DNA of 24,831 bases. Source: Candidatus Eiseniibacteriota bacterium. Lineage in GTDB: Bacteria; Eisenbacteria; RBG-16-71-46. The notes below the pieces were generated by a model. That model was not told the origin of the DNA, did not search any database, and saw nothing but the letters and a program-made list of their open reading frames with translations. Positions 1 through 9,367 of the stretch are shown piece by piece. Each line of letters opens with the position of its first letter. Position 1 is the stretch's first letter. The stretch is taken from positions 1-24,831 of the forward strand of contig JBGAOA010000063.1 in NCBI GenBank assembly GCA_044222065.1, read 5' to 3'. The position numbers were made by a program, and so were the translations under genes.

Positions 1-1
1 C

Positions 2-955
2 GAGCCGGGCCGCGACGCGGCGCGGGACCGGCGCCTCGGCCGCATCGCGCGCTACGCCGCCGGCGAGGACTACCACGCCGTGATGAAGGACCGGCTCGGC
101 GCCCGGCAGCGGGCGGTCGGGGACGACCTCGCGCCGGGTGCGACCGCGCTGTGGTACGCCGACACGGGCGCGATCCTCGAGCGCGGCTGGGCCGAGCGCG
201 CGGGCCTCGGCTGGACGGGAAAGCACTCGGGACTGATCACCGCCGATCGCGGCTCGTGGTTCCTGCTCGGAGAGCTGCTCGTGGACCGCGACCTCGAACC
301 CGACGCGCCGCTCGAACGCGAGCATTGCGGCACGTGCGCGCGCTGCCTCGATGCGTGTCCGACGCGCGCGATCGTCGCGCCCTACCGCGTGGACGCGCGC
401 CGCTGCCTGTCGTACCTCACGATCGAGCATCGGGGCGCGATCCCGCACGAGTTCCGGCGCGCGCTCGGCGACTGGGTGTTCGGCTGCGACGTGTGTCAGG
501 AGGTGTGTCCGTGGAACCGCTTCGCCGCTCCGGCGCGCGAGGCGCGGCTCCACGCCCGCTCGCTCGAAGGCTGGACGCTCGAACGCCTGCTCGCGCTCGA
601 CGACGCCGGCTTCGCGGAGCGGTTCGCCGCGAGCCCGATCCGGCGCGCGGGACGCGAGGGGTTCGCGCGCAACGTGTGCGTGGCGCTCGGGAACCTCGGG
701 CGCGAAACGCCGGCCTCGCGCGCGCCTTCGGCCGCGGGAGCGCTCGTGCGCGCGCTCGCCGCGGATCCGTCGTCGCTCGTGCGCGCGCACGCGGCGTGGG
801 CGCTCGGCGAGATCGCGGGCGCACCCGGCGCGCCGGACGCGGCGCGAGCCGCCGCGCGCGACGCGCTCCGCACGGCGCTCGCGTACGACGCCGACGCCGG
901 CGTGCGCGCGGAGGCGCGCGCGGCGCTCGGCGGATCGACCGAGGCCGCCTCGTGA
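2..955 (+). CDS. queG: Epoxyqueuosine reductase QueG, 5'-truncated at the window edge
   Basis: Frame is open from base 2 (GRIARYAAGEDYH..MKDRL). Motifs LERGWAERAGLGWTGK, GSWFLLGE, ferredoxin-like CGTCARCLDACPT, RCLSYLTIE and FGCDVCQEVCPWN, plus a C-terminal HEAT-like segment. Confidence 0.95.
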   Translation, partial: EPGRDAARDRRLGRIARYAAGEDYHAVMKDRLGARQRAVGDDLAPGATALWYADTGAILERGWAERAGLGWTGKHSGLITADRGSWFLLGELLVDRDLEPDAPLEREHCGTCARCLDACPTRAIVAPYRVDARRCLSYLTIEHRGAIPHEFRRALGDWVFGCDVCQEVCPWNRFAAPAREARLHARSLEGWTLERLLALDDAGFAERFAASPIRRAGREGFARNVCVALGNLGRETPASRAPSAAGALVRALAADPSSLVRAHAAWALGEIAGAPGAPDAARAAARDALRTALAYDADAGVRAEARAALGGSTEAAS

Positions 956-2215
956 AGGCGCGTCGCGTCGCGCGCTTCGGCCTCGCGCTCGCGGCGCTGC
1001 TCGCCGTGGCGGGCGTCACCGCTTCGGTCGCCGCCACGACCTCACGCACCTCGCTCACGGCGGCCGCCTCCGCCCGGGCGGTGCGCAACGCACCCCACCC
1101 AGACCGCGCTCGGCTCGTCGCGGGCGCCGACGTCTCGGACCTCGAACGCATCGCGCAACGCGCCCCACGCGGGCCGCGCTCCGCTCGTCGCGGGCGCCGA
1201 CGTCTCGGACCTCGAGCGCATCGAGGCCGCGGGCGCGCGCTTCGGCGACGACGCCGGACGGAGCGACGCGCTCGAGATCTTGAAGGCGCACGGCGTCGGC
1301 GCGCTGCGCGTGCGCGTGTGGCATTCCCCGCAAGACGGCGCCTGCGACCTCGCGAGCGCGCTCCGGCTCGCGGCACGCGCGAGGGGGCTCGGGCTCGACG
1401 TGTTGCTCGACCTGCACTACTCGGACACGTGGGCGGATCCCGCGCACCAGACCGCGCCCGCCGCGTGGGCGGGCGTGCGCGGCACGGCGCTCGAAGACAG
1501 CGTGCGCCGCTACACGCGCGACGTCGTCGCCGCGTTCGCGCGCGCCGGCCTCGCGCCGCGCTGGGTTCAGCTCGGCAACGAAGTGAGCAGCGGGCTGCTG
1601 TGGCCCGAAGGCCGCGTCGCCGCGCCCGTCGACTCGGCTCGCTGGACGCGCTTCGCGGCGCTGCTGCGCTCCGCCGCGCGCGGCGTGCGCGAGGGGGCGC
1701 GCGGTGCGAGGCGGCCGGCGATCGTCGTGCACTTCGACCGCGGCGGCGACGCCGACGGCGCGGCGGCGTTCTTCGCGCGGCTCGAGCGGACCGGCCTCGG
1801 CTTTGACGCCGCGGGCGTGTCGTACTACCCGTGGTGGCACGGTGACACGCTCGCTCTCGATCGCACGATCGAGCGGCTCGCGCGTGCGACGCGCCGCGAC
1901 GTGTTCGTGCTCGAGACCGGCTATCCGTGGACGACGTCGTGGTTCGACACGACGCGCAACGTGATCGGCGAGTACTCGGACCTCGGCGAATTCGGACGCG
2001 CCTCGCGCGAGACGCAGGCGGAGTTCGTCGCCGCCGTGCGGCGCGCCGTCGAGCGCTGCGCGCGCGGCGCCGCGCTCTTCTACTGGGGCGCGGTCGAGAC
2101 GCCGGCGCCGCGCCGCGGCTCCGCGTGGGAGAACTGCGCGCTGTTCGATGCGCGCGGGCTCGCGCTCCCGGCGCTCGACGCGCTCGGGCGCGGCGGCGCG
2201 CCTGTCACTCCTTGA
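952..2215 (+). pseudogene. GH53 endo-1,4-beta-galactanase with signal peptide, frameshifted by a 70-bp tandem duplication (real or assembly artefact)
   Basis: GTG at 952 overlaps the queG stop and encodes a signal-like N-terminus plus GADVS. The catalytic domain (LRVRVW, LLDLHYSDTWADP, VQLGNE, GVSYYPWWHG, VLETGYPW, FYW, WENCALFD) is in the next frame. Removing 70 nt gives one 397-aa ORF. Confidence 0.88.
1083..1222. repeat. Imperfect tandem duplication, 2 x 70 bp
   Basis: 1083-1152 and 1153-1222 align without gaps, with 6 mismatches. Confidence 0.95.
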
Positions 2216-2627
2216 GCGTCGAGCCTTCCACCCACCGCTCGCCGCCCTCGGCGTAGCGCTCCTTCTTCCAGATCGTGGCCGAACGCTTGAGTTCGTCCAT
2301 CGCCCAGCGGCACGCGTCGAACGCCGCCGCGCGGTGCGCCGCGGCGACGACGACGGCGACGCTCGCTTCGGCGGGCGGCACGACGCCGAGCCGGTGCACG
2401 ATCGCGCACGAGGCGACGGCGAAGCGCGCGCACGCGTCGCGCTCGATCGTCGCGAGCGCCGGGACCGCCATGCGCTCGTACGCCTCGTAGGCGAGTTCGA
2501 CGACGCGCCGGCCGTCGTGGTGGTCGCGCGTCGTGCCGAGGAACAGCGCGAGCGCGCCGCAGTCGGGACGCGCGGCGGCCGCGAGCAGTGCGCCGACGTC
2601 GATCGGGCCGTGCGTCAGCGCCGCCAC
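2205..2627 (-). CDS. moaE: Molybdopterin synthase catalytic subunit MoaE
   Basis: Motifs GALALFLGTTR, LAYEAYERMA, HRLG, AAHR..AF and LKRSATIWKKE. GTG at 2627 with GAGG upstream; 140 aa. Confidence 0.93.
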   Translation of the reverse strand: MAALTHGPIDVGALLAAAARPDCGALALFLGTTRDHHDGRRVVELAYEAYERMAVPALATIERDACARFAVASCAIVHRLGVVPPAEASVAVVVAAAHRAAAFDACRWAMDELKRSATIWKKERYAEGGERWVEGSTLKE

Positions 2628-2634
2628 GTCGGCC

Positions 2635-3249
2635 TCACTTGCTGCGCGCCGCGCGCACGGCGCGCCGCACGATCGGCCGCGTCGGCGAGCGCCGCTCGAC
2701 TTCGCGGAAGCCCGCGGCCTCGAAAGTCTCGACCGTGCCGTGGAACGCGAACGCGGCCGGGTAGCGCTCGCCCTTCGTGTCCACGGGATAGCCCTCGACG
2801 ACGCGCGCGCCGCGCTTCGCCGCCCACGCGCACGCGGCCTCGAGAAGCGCGACGGTGAGCCCGATGCCGCGCGCGTCGCGGTGCACGAAGAAGCACGGCA
2901 CCGACCACACGGGCTTGTCGTCCACGGGCGCGAGCACGCGCGAACGCTCGAAGCGCCGGTACTCGGCGCGCGGCGCGATCGCGACCCACCCGATCGGAAC
3001 ACCCGCTCGATACGCGAGCAGCCCGGGCGGCGGGCCCTGGCGGACGACCTTCCGGAACGCGCGCCGGTTCGGCTCGCCCGACGTCTTGCCCTCGGTGCTC
3101 GTGAGCCGCGGATACATGCACCAGCAGCCCGCGCACGCGCCCTTCGCGCCGAACAGCGACTCGAGATCGTCCCAGCGCGCCGGCGTGAGCGGCCGGAACG
3201 CGATCGCCGCGGCGCGCGGCGCGCGCTTCGGTCCGGGCGTGCGCGCCAC
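2635..3249 (-). CDS. GNAT family N-acetyltransferase
   Basis: Motifs CAGCWC, PGLLAY, GWVAIAPR, VWSVPCFFV, acetyl-CoA loop RGIGLT..LL, VEGYPVD and FEAAGF. Confidence 0.85.
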   Translation of the reverse strand: MARTPGPKRAPRAAAIAFRPLTPARWDDLESLFGAKGACAGCWCMYPRLTSTEGKTSGEPNRRAFRKVVRQGPPPGLLAYRAGVPIGWVAIAPRAEYRRFERSRVLAPVDDKPVWSVPCFFVHRDARGIGLTVALLEAACAWAAKRGARVVEGYPVDTKGERYPAAFAFHGTVETFEAAGFREVERRSPTRPIVRRAVRAARSK

Positions 3250-3251
3250 GG

Positions 3252-3497
3252 TCAGCCTCCGCTCACGGGCGGGAGCAGCGCGAGTTCGCCGCCCGCGCGC
3301 AGCGGCGCGTCCGCGCGCACGAGCGCGCCGTCGAGCGCGACCGCGAGATGCGGCGCGAGCGGCGCGAGCGCCGGGTGCTCGCGCATCACGGCGGCGAGCG
3401 CGTCGGAGACGCGGCTTCCTTCCGGAAGCTCGAGCGTCAGCATCGGGCGGCCCGCCTGCTCGCGGGCCTGTGCGAACAACAGCACGGTGAGCGTCAT
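3252..3497 (-). CDS. moaD: Molybdopterin synthase sulfur carrier MoaD (MoaD/ThiS family)
   Basis: 81 aa from the ATG at 3497. VLLFAQARE N-terminus and LALLPPVSGG C-terminal diglycine; lies near moaE. Confidence 0.93.
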   Translation of the reverse strand: MTLTVLLFAQAREQAGRPMLTLELPEGSRVSDALAAVMREHPALAPLAPHLAVALDGALVRADAPLRAGGELALLPPVSGG

Positions 3498-3547
3498 GAA
3501 GGGTTCGAACGCTGGCGGGTGCGCGAGCGGGCGTCTATGCTCGCCCG

Positions 3548-4705
3548 ATGCACGATCGGAATCAAGACGAGCGAGGGGATTCCGAGCCCGAAGGGCCTCG
3601 CGATCCGGCACTCGACGCCCCCGCCAACGCGCCCGCGGGCGAAACCTCGCCGGTCTCCGATGCGGCATCTGCTGCGACCGCGCGCACGCCGGACCTGCGC
3701 GACCTCACGATTTGGCTCATCGCGATCGTCGTGCTCGGCGGCGCCGGCCTCGTCTTCCAGCAAGCCGAATTGGCCGCGCTCGTCGCGCTCGCCGGGCTCT
3801 ACGTGACAGCGCAGGCGGCTGATCTCGACGGACGCTGGACGCCGCTCTACTACTCGCTCTCGTGGGTCGTGCCCGCGGGCGCGGTCGTGACGTTCTCGAG
3901 CCTCGTCGTGCTGCTCGCGCAGCGCCACGAAACGACGCCGATCGCGCTCGTGATGGGCGGGCTCGCGCTGTTCGGCGCGGTCGCCTCGGGGCTGCTCGTG
4001 CTGCGGCCGGTGTCGAATCCGCTGTGCCGGCTCGTGTTCGCGAACGAAGAGCCGACGCACGCGCTGCGGCTCACGCTGCGGCTCTTCGTCGGCGGCATCG
4101 TGCTCGCGCTGCCGGCGTGGTACACGGTGCGCGACCTGATCTCGGACGTGCTCGTGCGCGATTCGGCGGCGTTCGAGCGCAGCCTGTGGGGGCCGAGCAT
4201 CGTCGGCATGGTCGTGCTCGCGCTCGCGTCCGTGGGCTTCCGGCTGCGGCGCGACTTCCCGGCCACGCTCGAGCGCCTCGGGCTCGCGCCGCTGCGCGCG
4301 AGCGACCTGTTGTGGATCGCGGGCGGGCTCGCCGGGCTCGTCGCGCTCAACGGCGGACTCGACGCCGTTCAGCAGCGCTTCTTCCCCGCGCTCGCGGCCA
4401 GCGACACGGCGATCACGAAGGCGATCGTCGCGCACTTCGGGCCCGCGCAGATGCTCATGCTCGGCCTGAGCGCCGGCGTCGGCGAGGAGCTGACGATGCG
4501 CGGCGCGCTCCAGCCGCGGCTCGGCATCGGGCTCACGTCGCTGCTGTTCGCGAGCCTGCACGTGCAGTACTCGTGGTTCGGCATGGGCACGATCCTGCTG
4601 CTCGGCATCCTGCTCGGCCTGCTTCGGCAGCGCACGAGCACGACCGTCGCGATCGCCGTGCACGCGATCTACGACGTGATCAGCGCGTTCGCCGCTTCGA
4701 AGTAG
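3548..4705 (+). CDS. CPBP (CAAX protease/Abi) family intramembrane metalloprotease
   Basis: Many hydrophobic segments. Motifs GVGEELTMRG (EExxxR), LFASLH and AIAVHAIYD. Confidence 0.9.
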   Translation: MHDRNQDERGDSEPEGPRDPALDAPANAPAGETSPVSDAASAATARTPDLRDLTIWLIAIVVLGGAGLVFQQAELAALVALAGLYVTAQAADLDGRWTPLYYSLSWVVPAGAVVTFSSLVVLLAQRHETTPIALVMGGLALFGAVASGLLVLRPVSNPLCRLVFANEEPTHALRLTLRLFVGGIVLALPAWYTVRDLISDVLVRDSAAFERSLWGPSIVGMVVLALASVGFRLRRDFPATLERLGLAPLRASDLLWIAGGLAGLVALNGGLDAVQQRFFPALAASDTAITKAIVAHFGPAQMLMLGLSAGVGEELTMRGALQPRLGIGLTSLLFASLHVQYSWFGMGTILLLGILLGLLRQRTSTTVAIAVHAIYDVISAFAASK

Positions 4706-5270
4706 CGCGCGGCTTCGTCCGCGCCGCGGACTTCGCGCGCGGCGCCGCCCGCTTCGCGCCGCGGCGTGCCGCCTCAGCCGCCTTCGGACGCGCCTTCGCC
4801 GCCTTCGACCGCGCGCCCGACTTCGTCTTCGCGCGCGCCGCCTCGTAGTACTCGAGGTACTTCTCGAGCGGCACGGCCGCCACGACGTCGCCGATCGTTT
4901 CGAGCGGAATGTCCTCGAGCGTCTTGAAGCGGATGCACGACTTCCCCATGTCCGGCCGCTTGCCGATCGCGGCGAAGCCGTCGGTGAGTCGTTTCGTGAG
5001 CGCGGCGTTCATGTAGGCGCACATGAGGTACAGCGAGAAGTTGTTCTTCTGCGCCGCGAGCCCGGCGTAGCAGAGAGGATGGCCGTTGTACGTGTCGGGG
5101 TAGCGTTCGAGCGGAATGACGTAGCAGATCATTCCCGACGACATCGTCTCGACGTAGCCCTTCGGCAGGCGCTTCTGGATCAGGCCGCGGAGCTTCGAGA
5201 GCACGAAGCGGCGGTCGGCGGGCTGCTCGTCGAGGTAGGCCTGAACCGTCGAGGCCTTGCTCATCACCAT
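4680..5270 (-). CDS. DUF1801-like protein with a Lys/Arg/Ala-rich C-terminal tail
   Basis: TVQAYL..P, LPKGYVE.M..GMI.Y.IPL.RYP.TYN, LAAQKN..SLY and DMGKSCIRFK resemble DUF1801 proteins. AAGGAG SD upstream. Confidence 0.8.
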   Translation of the reverse strand: MVMSKASTVQAYLDEQPADRRFVLSKLRGLIQKRLPKGYVETMSSGMICYVIPLERYPDTYNGHPLCYAGLAAQKNNFSLYLMCAYMNAALTKRLTDGFAAIGKRPDMGKSCIRFKTLEDIPLETIGDVVAAVPLEKYLEYYEAARAKTKSGARSKAAKARPKAAEAARRGAKRAAPRAKSAARTKPRATSKRRTR

Positions 5271-5334
5271 GGCGCACGGCTCCTTTCGCGGAGAGGGGTT
5301 GCGACGCTAGCACGGCCCGCACGGCGACCCGAAC

Positions 5335-5362
5335 TCAAGTTTGGGGAACTCGCCTCCGAGAC
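5335..5362 (+). promoter_or_regulatory. Putative sigma28 (FliA)-type promoter of the chemoreceptor gene
   Basis: TCAAGTTT-N12-TCCGAGAC versus the FliA consensus TAAAGTTT-N11-GCCGATAA. A similar motif recurs at 11729-11755. Confidence 0.5.
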
Positions 5363-5436
5363 TGCGTGTTGCCACCTTTGCCCAGCGGACACTTCGGCAC
5401 GGGAGCCCCCCCGCAGCCACATCTCCGGGAGACCGA

Positions 5437-7035
5437 ATGTCGCAGCCTCGAACCACCTCGATCCGGAACAGACTCATGCTGATCAACGCGATCTTCGGCG
5501 CCGGCTTCGTGGCGCTGATCGCCCTCAGCTTCTTCGGCCTCGCGCGGCTGAACCAGGCCCGCAACGTCATCGCCGGCGCGAAGGACCTGATCGCCGACAC
5601 GGTCCCGCCGGACGCGAATCTGAGCGAGTCGTGGATGCTCGTGCTCCACCTCGCCACCGAATCGGATCCCGCGGAGCGCCGGATGCATCGCCAGCGTCTC
5701 GAGGCGAAGAAGGCCGTGTTCTTCGAACTGCTGGACACCTGGAGGACGCGGCTCGCGGACGACCCCGAGCTGCGCGCGCAAGTCGAGCGGTTCGAGTCCG
5801 ACGGGAAGAACTTCTTCGATGCGGTGGATCGCGACTTCATGCCCGTCGCGATGGCCGGCGACCACGAAGCGGCTGCACGCGCCGTACACGGCCCGCTGCA
5901 GGACGTCTACGACCCGTACGCGGCTCGCATGGGCGAGTTCCTCGAGCTCGTGAAGCGCAAGCACGACAGCGCGGCCGCGGCCTACCGTTCGACGCTGGCG
6001 GCCATGAAGTGGCTGTCGCTGATCATCGGCGTGTTCGTGACCCTCGTCTGCGGCTGGATCGGCCTGCGCATGTCGAACGACATCGCGCATCGGCTGGCCG
6101 ACGTGCGAAGCGTGCTCGGCGAAATCGCCGGGGGCGATCTCACGCAAGAGGTGCGCGTGCGCGGCTCGGACGAGATCGCGCGCATGGCCGAGTCCGTGAA
6201 CGAGGTCGTGCGGTCGACACGGACCGCGCTGATCGCGGTGACGGAAGCGTCCTCGGGGGTGCGTTCGTCGTCGCAAGAGCTGTCGAGCGAGGTCGCACGC
6301 ATCTCGCACGACACGCAGGAACAGGCGTCCAGCCTCGAAGAGACGAGCGCCTCGATGGAGGAGCTGACCGCGACCGTGCGTCAGAACTCGGACAGCGCGA
6401 ACGAGGCGAACCAGCTCGCCGCAGGCGCGCGAGAAGTGGCCGAGCGGGGCGGCCGCGTCGTCGGCGAGGCCGTCGCGGCGATGTCGCAAATTACCGAGCG
6501 CAGCAAGGCGATCGCCCAGATCGTCACCGCGATCGACGAAATCGCGTTTCAGACGAACCTGCTCGCCCTGAACGCCGCCGTCGAGGCCGCCCGCGCCGGA
6601 GAACAGGGCCGGGGCTTCGCGGTCGTGGCGACCGAGGTGCGAAATCTCGCCCAGCGCTCGGCCCAGTCCGCGAAGGAGATCGGCGAGCTGATCCAGAGTT
6701 CGGTGCGTCAGATCGAGGACGGCACGCGGCTCGTCAACGACTCGGGTGCGACGCTCGAGGAGATCGTGACGTCGGTGAAGCGCCTCACCGACATCGTGGC
6801 CGAGATCGCGGCCGCGAGCCGCGAGCAGGCGAACGGCATCACGCAGGTGAATTCGGCCGTCGCGCAGATGGACCGGCTGACGCAGTCGAACGCGAGCAAG
6901 TCCGACCATCTCGCCTCGACGTCGGTGGCGCTCGCAACCGAGGCCGGGCGGCTGCAATCGCTCGTCGAGCAGTTCCGGCTCGGCGAAGCCCTGCGTGACG
7001 CCCGCGACGCGGAGGCGTTCGCGCAGGCGGCGTGA
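5437..7035 (+). CDS. Methyl-accepting chemotaxis protein (2 TM, helical sensor domain, HAMP, signalling domain)
   Basis: ATG at 5437 after a GGGAGA SD. Two TM segments, HAMP-like IAGGDLT..DEIARM and the signature IAFQTNLLALNAAVEAARAGEQGRGFAVVA. Confidence 0.95.
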   Translation: MSQPRTTSIRNRLMLINAIFGAGFVALIALSFFGLARLNQARNVIAGAKDLIADTVPPDANLSESWMLVLHLATESDPAERRMHRQRLEAKKAVFFELLDTWRTRLADDPELRAQVERFESDGKNFFDAVDRDFMPVAMAGDHEAAARAVHGPLQDVYDPYAARMGEFLELVKRKHDSAAAAYRSTLAAMKWLSLIIGVFVTLVCGWIGLRMSNDIAHRLADVRSVLGEIAGGDLTQEVRVRGSDEIARMAESVNEVVRSTRTALIAVTEASSGVRSSSQELSSEVARISHDTQEQASSLEETSASMEELTATVRQNSDSANEANQLAAGAREVAERGGRVVGEAVAAMSQITERSKAIAQIVTAIDEIAFQTNLLALNAAVEAARAGEQGRGFAVVATEVRNLAQRSAQSAKEIGELIQSSVRQIEDGTRLVNDSGATLEEIVTSVKRLTDIVAEIAAASREQANGITQVNSAVAQMDRLTQSNASKSDHLASTSVALATEAGRLQSLVEQFRLGEALRDARDAEAFAQAA

Positions 7036-7071
7036 GCCGGGCGGGTGCGCGGCGCGAATGGCGCCGCGCGC

Positions 7072-7791
7072 TCAGCTCAGCGTCTCGCCCGGCTTGAGCG
7101 CGACGACCTCGGCCTTCACCGCGAGCTTCGCGAGTTCCTCGCGCAGCGCCTCGGCCGTGCCGGTCAGCGCCGGGAACGTGCCGTAGTGCGCGGGCACGAT
7201 GTACTTCGGCTTGAGCAGGCGGGCGGCGTACGCCGCCTCGCGCGGGCCCATCGTATAGAGGTCGCCGATCGGGAGCAGCGCGATCTCGGGCGCGTAGATC
7301 TCGCCGATCAGCGCCATGTCGGCGTGCACCGCGGTGTCGCCCGCGTGGTAGATCTTCGTGCCGTCCTCGAGCGTGACGACGTAGCCGCACGGCTCTCCGC
7401 CGTACACGACGCCGCCGCCCTCCTCGATCCCGCTCGAGTGCGTCGCGTGCACCATCGTGAACTTGAGCCCGGCCGCTTCCTGCGTGCCGCCCTTGTTCAT
7501 CGGCGACGTTCCGGTGACGCCCTTCTTGCTCAGGTACAGGTGGATCTCGTAGTTCGAAATCACGACCGGCTTGAACTTCTTCGCGAGCGTGACCGCGTCG
7601 GACATGTGATCGCCGTGCCCGTGCGAGATCGTCACGACGTCCAACTTGTCGAACGCCTTCAGCTCCTTCGGGCAGGCGGGATTGCCCTCGACCCACGGAT
7701 CGAGCAGCACCGTCTTCGATCCGCGCGTGACGAGCTTGAAGGAGTTGTGGCCGAGCCAGGTGAGCGCGAAACCTCGATTGAGGGAGGCCAT
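7072..7791 (-). CDS. Metal-dependent hydrolase, metallo-beta-lactamase fold (UPF0173-like)
   Basis: Motifs TWLGH, LLDPW, SHGHGDH (HxHxDH), HSS, YHAGDT, LPIGD.YTMGP and HYGTFP. Confidence 0.9.
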   Translation of the reverse strand: MASLNRGFALTWLGHNSFKLVTRGSKTVLLDPWVEGNPACPKELKAFDKLDVVTISHGHGDHMSDAVTLAKKFKPVVISNYEIHLYLSKKGVTGTSPMNKGGTQEAAGLKFTMVHATHSSGIEEGGGVVYGGEPCGYVVTLEDGTKIYHAGDTAVHADMALIGEIYAPEIALLPIGDLYTMGPREAAYAARLLKPKYIVPAHYGTFPALTGTAEALREELAKLAVKAEVVALKPGETLS

Positions 7792-7840
7792 CGCCGGATC
7801 CTCTGCGCGCGACGCGCCGCGAGCGGCGGCCGCGCTCGAA

Positions 7841-9238
7841 CTATCGGGTGGTCGCCGCCGTCTCGGGCTGGATCTCTTCGAGGCGCGCCGTGAAGTGCCG
7901 CAGCACCGGCGCCTCGTGGACGATCTTGAGCCCCTTGAGCCGGTCCGACTCGCGCTCGAGCTGGATCACCGACTCGGCGACGTAACGCATGTGTTCGGTC
8001 GTGTAGACGCGGCGCGGAATCGCGAGCCGCACGAGTTCGAGCTTCGGCCACACCATCTCGCCCGTGCGCGGGTCCTTGTGCCCGAACATCAGGCTGCCGA
8101 CCTCGACCGCGCGGATGCCGAACTCGCGGTAGAGCGCCACGACGAGCGCCTGCCCCGGATACTGCGCCTGGGGGATGTGCGGCAGCATGCGCTTCGCGTC
8201 GATGTACACCGCGTGCCCGCCGACCGGCTTCACGATCGGCACGCCCGCGCGATCGAGCAGGTCGCCGAGGTACGCGACCTGGCCGATGCGGTACGACAGG
8301 TAGTCCTCGTTCAGCACCTCGACGAGACCGCGCGCGATCGCCTCGAGGTCGCGGCCCGCGAGACCGCCGTAGGTCGGGAAGCCCTCGACGAGGATCAGCA
8401 GGTTCGTGATGCGCTCGGCCCACTCGGCATTGTCGAGCGCGAGGAAGCCGCCGATGTTCACGAGCCCGTCCTTCTTCGCGCTCATCGTGCAGCCGTGTCC
8501 GTACGAGAACAGCTCGCGCGCGATCTCGCGGATGGACTTGCCGTCGTAGCCCGGCTCGCGCTGCTGGATGAACCAGCAGTTCTCGGCGAAGCGGCAGGCG
8601 TCGAAGATCAGCGGCACGCCGTGGCGGTCGCACACCTCGCGCACCGCGCGCACGTTCGCGATCGACACCGGCTGCCCGCCGCCCGAGTTGTTCGTGACGG
8701 TGATCATCACGAACGGGATCTTCGAGCCGTGCTCCTGGAACGCGCGTTCGAGCTTCGCCGGATCGAGGTTGCCCTTGAACGGGTGGAGCGCCTGCGGGTC
8801 GAGGCCCTCGTCCACGACGAGATCGAGCGCGGTCGCGCTCTGCTGCTCGACGTTCGCGCGCGTCGTGTCGAAGTGGATGTTGTTCGGCACGACGTCGCCG
8901 GGCTTCAGCAGCGTCGAGAACAGCAGATTTTCGGCCATCCGGCCCTGATGCGTCGGGATCACGTTCCGGAAGCCGAAGATGTCGCGGATCGTCTCCTGGA
9001 AATGGAAGAAGTTCTTCGAGCCCGCATAGGACTCGTCGCCTTCCATGAGCCCGGCCCACTGGTGGTCCGACATCGCGGACGTGCCCGAGTCGGTGAGCAG
9101 GTCCACGTAGATGCTGTCGGCGGGCACGGCGAAGATGTTCAGGCCGGCGGCGCGGATCAGACGCTCGCGTTCTTCGCGCGTCACGCGTCGCAGCGGCTCG
9201 ACGACCTTGATTCGGAACGGCTCCGCAGGAAATCGCAT
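7841..9238 (-). CDS. tnaA: Tryptophanase (beta-eliminating lyase)
   Basis: ATG at 9238; 465 aa. Motifs EPFRIKVVE, DLLTDSGT, GDESYAGS, THQGR and EGFPTYGGL. PLP-Lys motif SAKKD and C-terminal LRHFTAR favour tryptophanase over tyrosine phenol-lyase (SGKKD, LRFFTAR). Confidence 0.88.
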   Translation of the reverse strand: MRFPAEPFRIKVVEPLRRVTREERERLIRAAGLNIFAVPADSIYVDLLTDSGTSAMSDHQWAGLMEGDESYAGSKNFFHFQETIRDIFGFRNVIPTHQGRMAENLLFSTLLKPGDVVPNNIHFDTTRANVEQQSATALDLVVDEGLDPQALHPFKGNLDPAKLERAFQEHGSKIPFVMITVTNNSGGGQPVSIANVRAVREVCDRHGVPLIFDACRFAENCWFIQQREPGYDGKSIREIARELFSYGHGCTMSAKKDGLVNIGGFLALDNAEWAERITNLLILVEGFPTYGGLAGRDLEAIARGLVEVLNEDYLSYRIGQVAYLGDLLDRAGVPIVKPVGGHAVYIDAKRMLPHIPQAQYPGQALVVALYREFGIRAVEVGSLMFGHKDPRTGEMVWPKLELVRLAIPRRVYTTEHMRYVAESVIQLERESDRLKGLKIVHEAPVLRHFTARLEEIQPETAATTR

Positions 9239-9246
9239 ACGGCGGC

Positions 9247-9276
9247 AGCATAGGCGCACGCCTCGGCGTGCGACAA
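9247..9276 (-). promoter_or_regulatory. Putative sigma70 promoter of tnaA with a palindromic spacer
   Basis: TTGTCG-N18-TATGCT ending 8 nt before the ATG. Perfect inverted repeat CGCACGCC-N2-GGCGTGCG at 9255-9272. Confidence 0.6.
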
Positions 9277-9331
9277 GCCGACGAGCATCGAGATCGTCGA
9301 GCATCGCAATCCGTCCACGCGCAGATTTTCG

Positions 9332-9360
9332 TTGCGCGTGCCCGAGGCGCCTCCTACCAT
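9332..9360 (+). promoter_or_regulatory. Putative sigma70 promoter with no downstream plus-strand CDS
   Basis: TTGCGC-N17-TACCAT. Predicted +1 near 9367-9368 coincides with the 5' end of the structured region. Confidence 0.55.
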
Positions 9361-9367
9361 TCCGCAC

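Noticed and set aside
1083..1222. Diversity-generating retroelement TR/VR pair (4 of 6 mismatches at A)
   Set aside because: Two mismatches are not at A, all A changes are to G, the copies are directly tandem, and there is no reverse transcriptase in the window.
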